DNA of 64,000 nt, filler included, from Porpidia crustulata (Eukaryota): NCBI GenBank assembly GCA_964255105.1. It is 11 parts of 11 records of this genome, joined end to end, with 100 filler letters (N's around TTAATTAATTAA, not from the genome) between each part and the next. Parts side by side here need not be neighbours in the genome. Positions count along the whole stretch, not along the records: positions 23,462 to 29,223 come from CAXUWE010001708.1; positions 29,324 to 35,084 come from CAXUWE010001709.1; positions 35,185 to 40,944 come from CAXUWE010001710.1; 8 more parts are not named here. The stretch is one strand, 5' to 3'. Made by a program: the position numbers and the translations under genes. Below the pieces are notes generated by a model. It made no database searches and was not told the DNA's origin. It was given only the letters and a program-made list of their open reading frames with translations. This document shows, piece after piece, positions 26,801 through 40,600 of the stretch; position 1 is the first letter of the stretch; the number at the start of each line of letters is the position of its first letter.

Positions 26801-27433
26801 TTTCTAACACGGCGAGCTTCATCTCCGATACGAACAAGTCTAATCCGACTTTTGACGCAAATCATGATAGTCTCTTCATCGTTCTGCGCTCCTCCAACTT
26901 CATTCAGATTCGCCCCTCCTACCCAGCTGCAGTTCGAGACCACAGTATTACCGAACGCAGGTGTCAGCTCAGGGAGGCTGTAGAAAGACAGTGTGCCATT
27001 GCATAATATGCAGGCTTTGTCGACTTTGGCTAAAACCAGTATTTGTAGCACTCCGCGTGTTTGAAAATCATCTGGCATTTGGTTGTAGATTGGCTGCAAC
27101 CTAGACGCAAAGATGAAAGTCGGTACGTTGGACTCATCAGTCGGCTCGGGAGGAATAGAGACAAAGTGCAGTATTTCTCCTGCAGATGTGCCTACATACA
27201 GGTTGTCCTCTAGGCATGATTGATATTAGCGGGTGGTGCACTATTTTCTTCGACTCAAGATGCTTAAGAGCAGTATACACATCCTTCCAAAACTGACCAT
27301 AGAGCTCGACACAGGTAATTTGGGCTTCACTCGACTCTCCGTCGGTGGACAGCGGAACTTCTTCAACAAGCTTCCTCAAGACGTAAGAGCCGCACAAAGC
27401 ACCTGAAGATCCAGAGCGTCTTTCCAAAGTCAT
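23806..27433 (-). CDS. VPS3: CNH-domain Vps3/TGFBRAP1-like (Vps39 family) endosomal tethering subunit (~1179 aa)
   Basis: ITCVELY|EDNLYVGTSAGEILHF across intron 27210-27297, GIFVNLDGDVVRGTVEF, a helical C-terminal half and HQQALRLLTHGLGDY. Confidence 0.82.
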
Positions 27434-27725
27434 TGGGAAGTAGGTGGCTGTACCTGGATGTAGTCACCCAGGTCAGAAGTGAGAGTTACATGATGGTGTA
27501 GAGTGGTACGATAGCTGGCGGGCGGGTAGGAGGGGATTGCGTTGTGAGTGGCAGTGCCTGGTCCGGCTCCCGGTCAAAGGATTCCCCGTGTTGACTTCAA
27601 CTTCACTGCTGTCTTGACCAACATGAAGCACATAGACAGCGAGCAAATTTACAGTATTTGAAGATCTTCATGTTCTAAAGCTCATGAATACAACTATTCT
27701 CGCTGACTCGTATTACCAATGAGCC

Positions 27726-29223
27726 ATGGACGTGTCTGCTGTAGCGGAGACTAGGTCATCTAATGACAGTGACCGAGATGATCTCAACCACAGCTCAAAT
27801 ACTACTGATACTACCAAGGATGGGCAATCGATCTCTTCAGCTCCCAGTAATGGGATCTCTAACTCCGCCACCGAGACCAACAAATTCCAGGGCGCTATAT
27901 CGGCTTGGAGGAGTAGGTTATCTATCAATATTCCCGGTCTAGCATGCTAATCTCTTAAACCCCAGATATCGATCTTACCAGGCTCGTACCAGAACTAGAT
28001 AACACCGCGTCAGAAATTGTATCTCAGCAACGAGATGCTCTACTGTCAAGAAAGGACTTGGCGCAGAAAACGAAGGATTTCAGAAAGCTTGACGACGAGG
28101 CAAAGCTCGCGGAGTTCAAGGGCTTGTTAAAAGGTGAAGCATTTTTTGCGGACACACAGCTCTAGTGACTGACTCCGTTGTAGCATACCAGACGTTTATC
28201 GACCTACTCACGAGCCATGGCAAGACGACTTCTGCTGCGTTTCTACAAATATACTCTTCAATTTCCGAAGCCCCGGATCCTTATCCACTTCTCGAGGCGT
28301 CTGTTGATGCTCTGTCCTTATCTGAAGATACTTTACCCAAACTAACATTGGAAAATGAGCACCTCCAGAAGAGCATATCCAGCCTCACGAACCAGCTCGA
28401 GAGCACGGAGCTTCAATTGGAACAGGAACGCGCCGCACGGAAAGAGTTGGAGGATTCCCGAGAACCGAGGTTGAAAGAGATAGAACTGCAGTGGAAGGCT
28501 GTGGTTGGAGAGAAACAGGATAATTGGGAATCCCGAGAACGCAGCTTGGAAGAAAAGGTGGAGAGTCAAGATCGTCTTCTGAACGAGCTTAAAGCGAGCT
28601 ACGAAGTGGCGCAACGACTGGGACAAGCGGGTGACAACGAATCCGAGAGCCCTCAAATCTCCGTTAGCGCTGCAGAATTGGAGATTGTTAGCTCGGACCT
28701 TGACAGGACGAGTCAACGCCTCGCCGAAGTAGAAGCAAGGAACGAACAGTTACGATTAGAGCTCGCGCAAGCTTCCTCCAGTACCCACCGGAAACCAGCG
28801 AACGACGAAGACTCGACAAATGTTCGATTGCGATCAGAAAATTCTTCTTTGCTGAGAAGGCTTGAAGCAAGCAGACTCGAGAGAGATTCGGGCTTAAGAA
28901 AGCAGGAGAGCCGAATTCGCAACCTGGAAAAGGACACAAAGTCGCTGCTACAAGACAAGGAGGAGCTGCGTACGAAATTAAACTCCTGGCGTGATTATCC
29001 AGACATCAAACGAGAACTGGACATTTTCAAGTCCATCGAGTTATCCACTCTTGACGATGATGAGGTGGGAAGATCTGCAAATCTCAATGGCAATCTCGGA
29101 AGTGATCGTGAAATTGTTGAACCTGGTGGACACACCAAAGATGGGAAAGAGACTCTCGAACAGTTATTGCTAGCTCGGAATAAAAAGATGAGTAACGAAA
29201 TGGCTGTCCTCAGAGTCTCCCAC
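27726..29223 (+). CDS. COY1: Golgin Coy1/CASP, 3'-truncated
   Basis: FQGAISAWR|NIDL, SRKDLAQKTKDFRKLD, GLLK|AYQTFIDLLT, SEAPDPYPLLEA, DIKRELDIFKSIE and LEQLLLARNKK. Long coiled coil. Confidence 0.88.
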
Positions 29224-29323
29224 NNNNNNNNNNNNNNNNNNNNNNNNNNNNNNNNNNNNNNNNNNNNTTAATTAATTAANNNNNNNNNNNNNNNNNNNNN
29301 NNNNNNNNNNNNNNNNNNNNNNN
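29224..29323. other. Artificial contig spacer
   Basis: N44-TTAATTAATTAA-N44. Confidence 0.98.
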
Positions 29324-30490
29324 GGTTAGTGAGTTCACAGTGCAGTGGTGTCAGAGGTAAGTCTAAGTGAATATATATGTATTTGTTCTATCTAATATAT
29401 GGTATGTATATGGCAGCGCAGCAAGCAACGACAAAGAACATACCCATCAAGTTGGGCAACTTGAGAGCCTTCGCGACACGTGCCGCCCTTTCCTTCCTCT
29501 CCTCAACTCTCCATGCCGCAGTTGTGGCGGCTGCGACGAGGATGGTGAGAGCAGGCATGATGGGAGATGGCGAGGTGATGATGTGGATGGGTAGAGGGAC
29601 GGTGATCACGGTGATGATATTGAAGATGCTGAATGGCAAGTTTACAAGTGTGCAGATGGTTGTTCAAACGTACAGCAGTTCAGTATACAAAAGCGCGTAA
29701 GAAAAAAAGAGTAAGTTGGGGGGAAAGAGATGATTATTTATACATGAGCAGTGCCAGGAGATTTCTGTAAGGTTGGGTCGCGTTTTGCAAATAAAGCCTC
29801 ATTAGGCATAGTTGAGCGTTCGAAAGTTTGGGTCAATGATGTAAACTGCTCGAGTACCCGCCCACATCCTCTTATCAAGCACTACGCGTTCTTTTCAACA
29901 GAGAAATGGATAATAAGAAAACAACCATAATGATGTAATTGCAAAGATGCTTCACATGCAGACTTCTCTTTGTAGACCAATCGTTCGATCCCCTTTTCCA
30001 GTAGGAAATATCATTGCGCTGAAGAAGAAAATTGCAGACCGGAGGTTTTGGCGACTAGTAAATAGGCTAGGAAGAGTCCCAAAGTATTATGTGACAGTCT
30101 ACAAGTCGAATGGTTGAACAAGTAAACGGCGAAGAAGATATGAAAGGGCACACAAGAGAGACTGCACATGTAGAGAACTCTGTAACAATATACAGTTCCA
30201 TTTGATGTGCAAAGCTCTCAGCAGAAGAGAGAGTGCGAAAAACATACCGAATGAAGCAGAGGCGGGACAAAAAGCGAGGACACCTCAGGATGGAGATACT
30301 CTCCTGTCAAAATGTCGACTTTACCTGCCATAACAATGGCTAACTTCAAAATCAAACAGCTTGGGTATCTTGCGTGGAGCGCATAGCAACTTCTCCCAAT
30401 TGCAACGCCGCGTAAGAAGGAACGATCTAGTCCGCCGCCATCCAACGCCATACGCAAATCCGAGTGTTGTAGTCCACAGTGATGTCCATT

Positions 30491-31076
30491 TCAAGCCGGG
30501 CCTTGGTTGTACTTTTCTGTCGCCGACTTAAACAGCTCCTCTTGAGCCGCTTGTAGCTCCTCGACTGAAAGCCCACTCTTGTCCATTTTACTCGTCTTTT
30601 TCTCTCGCGTCTACAAGAGGTCAGTAGATCCCGCGAGCCCACACCAAATGAATGCTTACCTTCAGTTGTTCCTTATGCTCGCCGGCAACTGTCAAGACTT
30701 CCTGGACGTATTCAGGGAAACCCAATTCTCGAAGTGCTTTGTCGATGTGGTCTGGTGCTATGGTCTTCTTGGCTTCCTTTTCTGCTATTTCGTTGGCTTC
30801 AGAGGATATGAGGGTGATAAATTCGACGCAACAGTCAATGAGAAGATCGCGCGCATCGCGTGCGAAAGTAACACCAGGGGTCGTGAGTATCTCGGTTATG
30901 ATCTTTTGAACGGTGGCTACAGGTTTTGTGTCAGCGTAAGAGTACAAAGTCGGGAGTAATCAGGAGGTTGAAACGATGCAGTTCATCATGAGCCAATACT
31001 CGAATGATATACAGAGAGCGGAGAGCATACCTTTGGGTAGGGAGAGGTCATCGGTGCCGAACTCACGGTCCGACAT
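30491..31076 (-). CDS. NCB2: Negative cofactor 2 beta (Dr1), histone fold, 140 aa
   Basis: Exons 31076-31031, 30916-30660 and 30610-30491 give MSDREFGTDDLSLPKATVQKII...CCVEFITLISSEANEIAEKEAKKTIAPDHI...KSGLSVEELQAAQEELF. Confidence 0.95.
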
Positions 31077-32693
31077 AGTTGGTGACAGTGGACCGTGGAT
31101 GGCCTCGATAATAACGAATCACCAAGTATTCTCGGGTCGAAGTTCTTTCTCCCACCTCTACACGGCTTACACAGACGCTTGTCGATGTCTGGCCAGAATT
31201 AGTCGGGCGAGGTGGATTGTTCTTTCTACTTTTACCCTTGATTATTTCTTACCCGAAGTCATCAGCTGTGAGTTTATTGATGATCGTGGTCTCAAAGTAT
31301 ATTGTGTGGTTCCCTGCTTGCCATGGGTCTGGTCCAAATCCAAACTTCAGTCAGCAGCTTTCAATATGTAAGGAATCATGGCCGTTGTGTCGATTGACGT
31401 CCATTCCACCAATCAAAGCGAGTCATAGCCCCAGTGGTTTGAATGTTTCACTGTTTTACAATACATTCCTAGCGTCGTTTCTTTGATGAAATGAATTCTC
31501 CGGTGAAAAATTGTTCAGTCTTCATTTGCTGTTTTGACTACCTATGGCATTACCACGACAACCAGCGGGCTCTATAGTCATAACAAATCTGATGCAGCTT
31601 CAATCCAAATTTGAAGCGTGACAACAGTGTCTACATCGCATTGATTTGCAAGACCCTGCGGTCACTGGGCACAACAGCCATGAAGTCTCGAAGCTGCTGG
31701 GGGGCTGAATAATGAGCTCCGAAGTATCCAGCGTTGATGTGCTCTACACGATTAGATCCAGGTAACTTTTGAGACAGCACGATGTGTGCCACAGTCTCAA
31801 CGTCGAAGGCAATTTTGTAAGTCATTTTGTTCCTTCACAGGCGGTCGCAAAAGCCATGAAAGCAATCTATTTAAGCGAGGCTCCTCTGTCAAAGTACTGC
31901 CATGACTTTTGCGACCCGCTGGTACTTCATGCTGCTCTCCTCTCCATATTATACCTCAAAATGATGAACTTCGTGTCGCCCCTATCAGACCATCGAGCTC
32001 ATGGCTCTTCTGGTGATCTACCTGTCTTTCCAAACGGACTCTCTGATATCTCGTGAATATGCATTCAGCCCTCTTCTCACTCTCTCTTGTCACCTATTCA
32101 CTGACTCTCAAAAACTAGTTCTATCGGGTACTACTGGGCTTTGCTCTATCTCTCGGCTTCAATTACAATGCCATGAGGGAATTGGTCCCAAATGTGAGAC
32201 GGTAAGAAGGACGCTGTCTTTTATCAGTAATCGTCCTTGATACGCTATGTGATGAACAAACAAATGTACTATCAAATGCTAAGGGCTGCAATTGCGCCTG
32301 ATGAGGAGCAAAATTGGTTCGATTACCTGAAAGCTTATGTTGTTTGCAAATACGTTATGGCTACAATAGATATAAGATGCGGTATGCTGACATCAAGCTG
32401 TAGATATCTACCGGTCGAGCTGTGCCATCCTGAGTCTATCAAAGACGTGATGCAGTAAGCACTCCATCCATTCGTTTACTGTATTACTACAGCATGGCTT
32501 GTGATGCTACAAAATATTTCATGCTAATACTGAGTGTGCATTTGTGCGCATGCGGAAAAACCAAACGAGTCTTTTCATCTTTCACCTGAAGCTACTCTCT
32601 TAGAGAAATTTGAATCTTTCAATTACCTTCATATTCGTGCTAATCGAGAATCCCGAGATTTCTAGGATACTTCGATACTTGGGGCTTTCTTTA

Positions 32694-33593
32694 TCACGAA
32701 TCTTGGAAATCTGCGAGCTCCTTACTATTCCAGCTATCCATTGTCAATAATTGAAACATCCATAGAAAAGACAAGATTACCTTAGGAATTTCCCACTCAA
32801 AGTACTCGGACCGTTCAACACCAATTTTGCCATGACATTACCAGGCTGATCCGGTCTCAATAATTTACCTTCTTTGTACAAGTCACGGAATTGCGCGGTA
32901 TCCGTGTCTCGCATTGCAGAATGCTTTTCGCGCACATCTTTTTGCATCTGCGTATCGACAACGCCTGGTCGAACCGCAATGCTAGTCACGTCGGGCTCTT
33001 CTACAGATAATGTTACGGCCAAGTGGTTCAGTGCTGCTTTGGATGCCCCATAGGCGCCCCAGCTGGTGTATCCATTGAGCGATGCCCCGGATGAAGTCAA
33101 AAGTATGCAGCCCTTCGACTTCCTCAGGGCTGGTAGTGCGGATTTTACCTTCTCAAGGTCAGTCGTTTGATTTAGCGGTTTCTCATCTTGCTCACGAAAG
33201 CGACGGCACTGAAGAAATTGACGTCGAAAGCTTGCCTCCATGCCTCGGCCTCGCTATTTCCCACCGTCGAAGTTGGGTCCAAGACTCCATGATTGACGAC
33301 CAAACCATCTATTCTTCCGTATTCCTTTATGGTCAAATCAACTGTCTCCCGTGCAAGACCGAAGTCTGCCAGGTCGCCTGTAATGAATTGTACTTGCTGC
33401 GGATATCTGGACTTGAGCTCTTCGAGAGGAGCCTTGCTTCGTGCAACGGCCACAACATTATGAGAGTTGCGCAACAAATGGTTTGCGATTGCGAGGCCAA
33501 TGCCTAGATTGTGTCAAACCCATCCTTGATCTACCTTGTTTTGGGCCGTATACCTCTCGATGCCCCTGTTACGATGACAGTCTTTGCACTCAT
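32694..33593 (-). CDS. Short-chain dehydrogenase/reductase (YIR035C/IRC24-like), 4 exons
   Basis: TGASR|GIG, VVNHGVLDP, TSSGA, YGASK and VRPGVVDTQMQ. Ends WNSKELADFQDS*. Confidence 0.9.
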
Positions 33594-33779
33594 TTTCTCT
33601 TTCTATCGTTGTGCTCTGACCGTATGGTTCTAAGAGAATATTGACTAGCGCTAATGAATGTGCGTCGAAAAATTCGTCATGGTGGGGCAGGAATTTTGGT
33701 GAACACCGTTGTCTCGCTTCGGCTCCGCATTGCCTGCCGAGCACACTCATGAAAGTCTCGCCTGGAAGGTCAGACTATC

Positions 33780-35084
33780 ATGGCAACTATCGTAATCGGC
33801 GCAGGCATTATTGGTACTTCCACAGCGTACTATCTGTCCGAATCAGGCACCTCGCCCTCAGAGATACATCTAATTGAGTCGTCCCCTCAGCTGTTTGCCT
33901 CAGCTAGTGGATATGCAGCTGGCTTTCTCGCCCGTGACTGGTTCCCTTCCTCGCTGTCACCTCTTGGAGCCTTGAGTTTTGACCTTCACAAGCGGCTCGC
34001 CGAGACGAACAATGGAGAGGAAACATGGGGTTACAGCACAAGCACAGGCTCAAGTTTGGAAGAGACCATTGGCGAACGAGGTGAGGACTGGCTGTCTGAG
34101 GGTGCTAGCAGGGTCAGAGCCGCAAACGTATCCAGAGTGGTGAATGGGAATGGCCCGGCGTGGCTCACAGATCATGGAAAGCTAAATGTTGTCAGCACGG
34201 GCGAAACTACAGCTCAAGCGTACGTAAGAATATTACACATGAAAGCAAAAGCATTATCGTCTTTCCTACACTGCATCCTTTAACGCGAGAAGTTACGTTG
34301 CCTCACAAACGCTTGAGACGACCTCGTTCCAGTGTCTTGCCAAGCATCAACTAGCTAATTTTCGATTATAGTGATCCGCTTCGCTTGTGCCAATTTCTCA
34401 TGTCTACCTGCCTCGCCCGCGGTGTACAATTACATCAACCCGCTCATGTCCTTGCAGTATCCCGTGATTCTGCCGGCGCTCTTTCCAGCATTCGAATCCA
34501 AAAGTCTAAAGGCGCTGCACCTCAAGAGATCGATATACCTTGTGCACGCTTAGTCCTCGCCGCAGGTGCTTGGACGTCCAAGGTCTTTGCATCGCTCTTT
34601 CCAAAATCCGAAGTCAAACTTCCTATCACTTCACTTGCGGGACATTCTATTTTGTGTCGCTCGCCGCATTGGCCGCCCTCGAATACTACATCTCCTACAT
34701 CAGCGCCGTTCTCGCCAGAGAGAGATGTTCACAGTGGGAACCTTGCAGACCGGACCGTTCACAATGGTCACGTTGTGCACAAGCAAGGCTCACTGGAAAA
34801 TGGTGAAAATGGAATTATTACGAACGGCAACGTCACGGTCAACCACTGCGATATCCCGCCAACACTAGATCATAGTGACCAAGAGCCCGCCGGATTAAAC
34901 AACCAAAAAGAAGACCACTTTCCCTCCGGCTTCTTCATCCCCTCAAAGCTATCCACTTCGCTCTCCTCCACCCCAGCATCCACCACCCACGCTGTCTTCA
35001 CCACCGACCCCGCCGGATACTCCCCTGAAATCTTCTCCCGCCTGCCCCACCACATCTACCTGGCCGGCCTCAACACCTCCACAT
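33780..35084 (+). CDS. FAD-dependent oxidoreductase (DAO family, Tda3-like), 3'-truncated
   Basis: IVIGAGIIG, ASGYAAGFLARDW, LVLAAGAWT, SLAGHS and PEIFSR. One intron at about 34220-34371. Confidence 0.85.
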
Positions 35085-35184
35085 NNNNNNNNNNNNNNNN
35101 NNNNNNNNNNNNNNNNNNNNNNNNNNNNTTAATTAATTAANNNNNNNNNNNNNNNNNNNNNNNNNNNNNNNNNNNNNNNNNNNN
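35085..35184. other. Artificial contig spacer
   Basis: N44-TTAATTAATTAA-N44. Confidence 0.98.
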
Positions 35185-36234
35185 GGGTTGGAGAGGGTGT
35201 TGGGGGAGATGGATAGACGACGTCATGATATTTGAAAGGGGGGGATTTGACGGACTTGGATGTGAGACTGGGACTGGGGTAGCAATATCGATTCTATTTG
35301 ATCATGTAAATTTGCTAGGAATTTTGTACAGATTTGTCTCTGTTTTAAGTCCAAAGGCCAAAGTCTCAAAGATACATGATGGTTGGGAGGCTGGTTATGC
35401 GATTTTATTGTACAGGTGGACCTTGAATTTGATGCTTTGGAGGGTATTCTCAAGTTTGGCTAACCCTAAAGCTAGTCCTGATTGGGTCTCTACATACGCG
35501 AATCTGGTTCCTCGGTTAGCATTGCTGTTTAGGTGCTCACGTACTGTGTGAGGGTGCAGGGATTCCCCCCTCCCTCGGGATCTTACCTTAGGGCTTACGG
35601 GTTCCCAATCGGGATAGTCCCCGCAATCCTCCCCGCCTTTACAAACGTCCGAGGGTCCAACAATAAACAATAATCGAGCATCTCACATAACTCTCACGGA
35701 TGGGACGAGGATGGGACGAGTCGGCGTCTTGCCCGAATACTTTCTTCTTGTTAGCAAATGCAAGATCAACGACGCTATGCTGTGGCTGGCCAGAGTCCGA
35801 GTGGGCCGGATGCAACGTGCTTGTCTGACGTTGCACGAGATGAAGAAGAGATCAAAGAGCTCGTTCCTGTGACCTGCTTACCTGTCTACCTACCTACCTA
35901 CCTCAGGTACTCTGACATGGATGCGGATCCATCTTGCCCTGATTTCAACCCCGCAAACATCTGCACATGATGCAGAAATCAGATGTAGAAGCTTGACAAG
36001 CTTCGTCCTGCATTTAGCAGTAGTGGCACGCCTGTGTGTTGCATCACTATCATGCTACACTACCTTGACAGGGTAGCTATATAGCTTGCTCGAGCTCCCA
36101 GTTGGTCAGCTGTTTGGTCTGTTTTCTTTCCAAAAGCATTCTATACCTTTCACACTGCGATCCGTTGCCCTTGTTCATCTTCTTTCCTCTGACGTGTTGT
36201 GCGACTCACGCTTCGCAAGAAGCAGTCTCTCGAT

Positions 36235-37398
36235 ATGTTCTCACGCTCGAATCTCATAGCCTCGTCGCTCATCTTTGGAGCTATCGCGCAATCGAGTCCT
36301 TTCCAGGAATACACAATTTCTGCCCCCGGAATCAATGCAACCTTTATAGCATATGGTGCCCGACTTACCAAGCTTTTGGTCAATGACAAGAACGGCAGTC
36401 CCCAGGACGTTGCTCTTGGCTACGATAATGGCACGAGATACCTCCAAGATACTGAGACAGACCACACATATTACGGGCCCATAGTCGGCCGTTACGCCAA
36501 CCGCATCAAGAACGGTACCTTTACCATTGACGGCGTCACTTCCCACATCCCCTTGAACAACAACCAGGGCCACAATACCCTGCACGGTGGCTTCGTTGGA
36601 TACGATCAGCAGAACTGGACCGTCGCCAACTTCAATGCAACAACCATCACCTTCGCATTCCTTGATCTAGCGCAGTCAGGATTTCCTGGTAATGTGATGA
36701 ATTATGCCACATACACCGTCTCATCGCACCCTACTGGACCTAGATGGACCTCCAGGTTGATCTCGATTCCTCTTGACGAGCCTACACCCATTATGCTCTC
36801 CAACCATGTCTACTGGAACCTAGGCGCTTTCGTTAGCAAGGAAGGCTCCACAATCCTGAATCACACCTTGACAATGCCTTACGCCGCTCGCTACATTGGC
36901 ATCGACAACATTGAGGTCCCAACTGGGCAACTACTCGCCACTGCCGATACTCCTTACGACTTTACTTCCCCAAAGCAGATCGGAAAGGATATATTGAAAG
37001 CTTTAAACGGTTGCGGTTTCAATTGCACCGGTTACGATAACGCCTTCATCATGGATCGCCCTCGCTACTCTGCACCCGAGGCTACAGACTTGGTCTTACT
37101 TTCCCTGTCTTCCCCCGAGACTGGTATTCAGCTCGATGTTCGGACCAACCAGCAGAGCATTCAGTTGTACACTTGCGATAACACCAGAGGGACAATTGGC
37201 GTTAAAGCCAGCCAGCAGCACGTCAAGGGTCAAGACACAAAGGTGCCTCAGTTTGGATGTATTGTTATTGAGACCCAGCAATGGATTGATGGTATCAACC
37301 ACCCCGAATGGGGCCAATTGCAGTACCAAATCTACACACCCGAAACCCAACCGGCTGTCAACTACGCGCAGTTTGACTTCAGTGTCATAAAGTCGTAG
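36235..37398 (+). CDS. Aldose 1-epimerase (mutarotase), probably secreted
   Basis: GPIVGRYANRIKNG, LHGGF, GFPG, NHVYWNL and GYDNAF. Signal-peptide-like N-terminus. Intronless. Confidence 0.92.
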   Translation: MFSRSNLIASSLIFGAIAQSSPFQEYTISAPGINATFIAYGARLTKLLVNDKNGSPQDVALGYDNGTRYLQDTETDHTYYGPIVGRYANRIKNGTFTIDGVTSHIPLNNNQGHNTLHGGFVGYDQQNWTVANFNATTITFAFLDLAQSGFPGNVMNYATYTVSSHPTGPRWTSRLISIPLDEPTPIMLSNHVYWNLGAFVSKEGSTILNHTLTMPYAARYIGIDNIEVPTGQLLATADTPYDFTSPKQIGKDILKALNGCGFNCTGYDNAFIMDRPRYSAPEATDLVLLSLSSPETGIQLDVRTNQQSIQLYTCDNTRGTIGVKASQQHVKGQDTKVPQFGCIVIETQQWIDGINHPEWGQLQYQIYTPETQPAVNYAQFDFSVIKS

Positions 37399-37666
37399 GG
37401 CGGGCATGAACTACTTCTAATGTGGGAGGGCTACTATTTGATTGTGGTAGGTTAGACTTTGACGCTTTCGAGCATCAATTGAATGTAGATCAATCAAATA
37501 TCATTTCTGGAGTGTTGGGTTCATGTGGACTTTGCCGGAGTTAAAGTCAGCCTTACCGGTTGCTTTGTTGATTGTTTACTTTTATCAACATCATGACCTC
37601 CGACACTCGTGATAAACAGATACACTTCTCGAGGACGTCTCTAATCGCTTCTTTTCAACCTACAAC

Positions 37667-40600
37667 ATGCCCAAAGGCCAGGCAGAGATGATCTCTTCTC
37701 CAGATCCTCTGGGAGTGGCCCAAGATTATCCTCTAATACTTTCACCGTCGAAAGCCAGCGGCAAGTCAACAGCACCACGGAAAGGCTTGAGTGATACGAC
37801 GGGCAATACTATGCGGCTCCAGGACTTCTACCTGACCACTCCTCCTGGACTAAACTATAAGACATCGTCGCCTACTAAAGCGACAATGCAGAGCGAGAAT
37901 CAGCTGAGCCCTTGGCGAATACGTGTGACTGTGGAGGCAGAACAGGAGGACATGGGGATGGGATCGCCTTCCAAGAAGACTTCGCCTACGAAGAGACATA
38001 TGGAACGTACAACAACCACCATTGTACCGTTGAAAGGCGCCGGTGATTCATCACCAGCAGCTGCGAAGAAGGGTAGAGGCAGGCCTAGGAAATCACTAGA
38101 TCCACCAGTCAAGAGAAATGGTACTCCGAAGCCAAATTCCGCAAGTAGACGCAAGACAATGCCAGTTTCAACAGAGGAGATCGACAATGGTCCCTCAGCC
38201 GAAGTCCCACCTTCTAAAGCAGGTAGAGGAAGACCAAGGAAGAGCTTCGAGCCGGTGCCGAAGCCAGTTGAGCCACAAGACGGAGACAAGAATCAGTTCC
38301 AACGAACACCCAGCAGACCAAGAAGCAAGGGAAGAAGAAAGGCAATCACACCCATCAGATTTAGGGACGACTTGGGTGATATCAGCTCTGGTCGAAGCGG
38401 CATAGGACTGGACGTAAACACATTCAAAGCTTCGGTCCAGAAACAATTACTGGAAAATACAGAGCCCAATTTACCCAGTCGGAGCCCATCTATGCGCAAG
38501 ATATTGAACGATTCTCGGCACAATAATGTTCAGGCTGATTTTCAGCATTTGAGTGGATTAGTGGATAAGCCTGATGGTTTTGAGAGCTTGAGAGGTGAGG
38601 AAGCATCATTTCAGGAGTCAATCGCGGATCAACACGACGAACACATGTGGCGATCAATGATCCGTTGGGACAGTAGATCCCCTCGCCAACGAAATGCAGG
38701 CCGCTATGACCAAGACGAGGAAATTGAGAATGACGAGAAGGCAAAGCCGCTGATCTCTGATCCGACCAACGAGCATGACGAGTTTGATTCCATCCTCGAA
38801 AGCGAGGGCTTTAGCATGGTTTCTGTCGAGTCTCTTTCATCCGCCAGACAGCAGCCTGGTAGTCCCCCAGAAACGGAGATGCAGGATGATGATCCTCCGG
38901 CAGCGCCAGTAGCTAGGTTCCCACCAGTCCCACGCCTATTATCTGATAAGAAGCAGAGTCCGGCTTCTTCGGAGAGCTCAAGACTCCGAAGACAGCCTTA
39001 TTCTGGTGGCAAGGTCGATCACTCGGTATCAGTGATGCCATCGTCTCCTCCGCCAATGCCCTATTCCTTAGCACGACTACCAAATCAGCGTCAGACTCCT
39101 TCTATTGCAAAATCATCCCCTACGCTTCCGCCCCCTCTCGCATCGCTCCAGCCTCGCTCATCACCACGGGAAGTAGACAAGCCTTCAAAAGGTACCCCAA
39201 AACTTGTCCGTGTCGTCCGTGCAGGCATTGCGCTTCAGGGTATGCTTAGTCCTAAGGGCGGCAGTGCGACGTCCAGTTCCAATACCAATCCGATCGACGC
39301 AAATCAGGCATCTTCTTCTGTTCCGGACGGAGGATCACCCAGTGAACGACTAGACAACTTATTCAGTGGCTTCGGGGCAGGTACGAGGAGAGAGCTGAGA
39401 GCTGGATTAAGACTTGGAGAAGAGCTTGCAAAAAGGCAACGTGCGCTCGAAGGCCAAGAGCCCTCTAGTGGAGCGGCAGAAGACGACGTCTTGCTCCCAG
39501 AGGCCACTCCTAATTACCCGGCGTTGCAAGGCGCTAGTACCAAGGAGAGCTATAGTATCAATCTGCCGGGCCCTCAACAGAAGGTTGAATATCCAGTACT
39601 CTCGAACAATCAGCTACCAAGTCCTGCGCGAAGCGAGTTGAATGATGACGACGATCGCATGAGCTGGAAGGCAGATACGCCGGCAAAGACAGAAATCCCT
39701 GATCTGGGAATAATCCGTATTAGCATAGATGCTGTGAATCAATCTTTTGACAAGTCTGCCTACTACGATCAGACCATGATGAGGCGGGAAGCTGAGTGGC
39801 AGCGTGAGAGGGAGGCAGTAAGTAAACAGATTGAGATGGCTAGCGCAAGTCAAGTCATAGTCATTGGTAGTGACAACGAGGAAGACGAGCAGGAAGAGGA
39901 ACAGGAAGACGATGGAGAAGATATTTGGCAACTGGAAGCGCAATCCTCGGATCCCGTCGAAGCTCCGGTACCTGAACGACTTGAAGATCTGTTCCCGAAC
40001 GAAGTCATCAAGCCACGTCGAGCCAAATTACCCAGCCCTTGGCGAAAAGATAGTCAGATCGTTTACAGCGATGAGGTTTTACCTGGCGAGGAAATAATTT
40101 ATGATGGTGAGCTGGCCCCTAACGAAGCAGATATGTTCTGGCAGCCAAGCGGCGAAGCTGCAAAAGCTGCGGAGAAACGCGAAGAGAGGATACGGACCGA
40201 GCAAGAGCAAAAGTCATCTGTAGTTTCGGATCGCAAAGCTTTCCGGAACTCAAACGCAAGCATTGGTGACGAGCCAACACTAAGAATACAGCAACCGTTG
40301 GTGTGCATCAGCCAAAACGCACACGCTCAACTTGAAGGGCGTAGCGTTGTCAGGAATGATTTCGAAGAAGACACGTTTTCTACAAACACAGCAGCCTACT
40401 TTGAGAGCAATGAAAAGTCAATCACTGATGTAACATTGGATGAGCGACGAAGCATTCTCGAGGATAGCCGCACAAAGCCCGAGCCAGAAAACCCACAAAC
40501 CCCTCTGAGAACATTCAAGGATATTGAAACCCGGTCTCAGGCTTTTGAGGATTATTCTGGGCATACCTTATCGCACGGACCTAAACTATACTACAAGGAG

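Noticed and set aside
23900..27006. Numerous antisense and overlapping ORFs within long genes
   Set aside because: Shadow ORFs of real coding sequence with no independent motifs.
31544..32458. Possible small multi-exon gene on the plus strand
   Set aside because: Some splice-like signals are present, but I could not build a consistent open model or recognise a domain.
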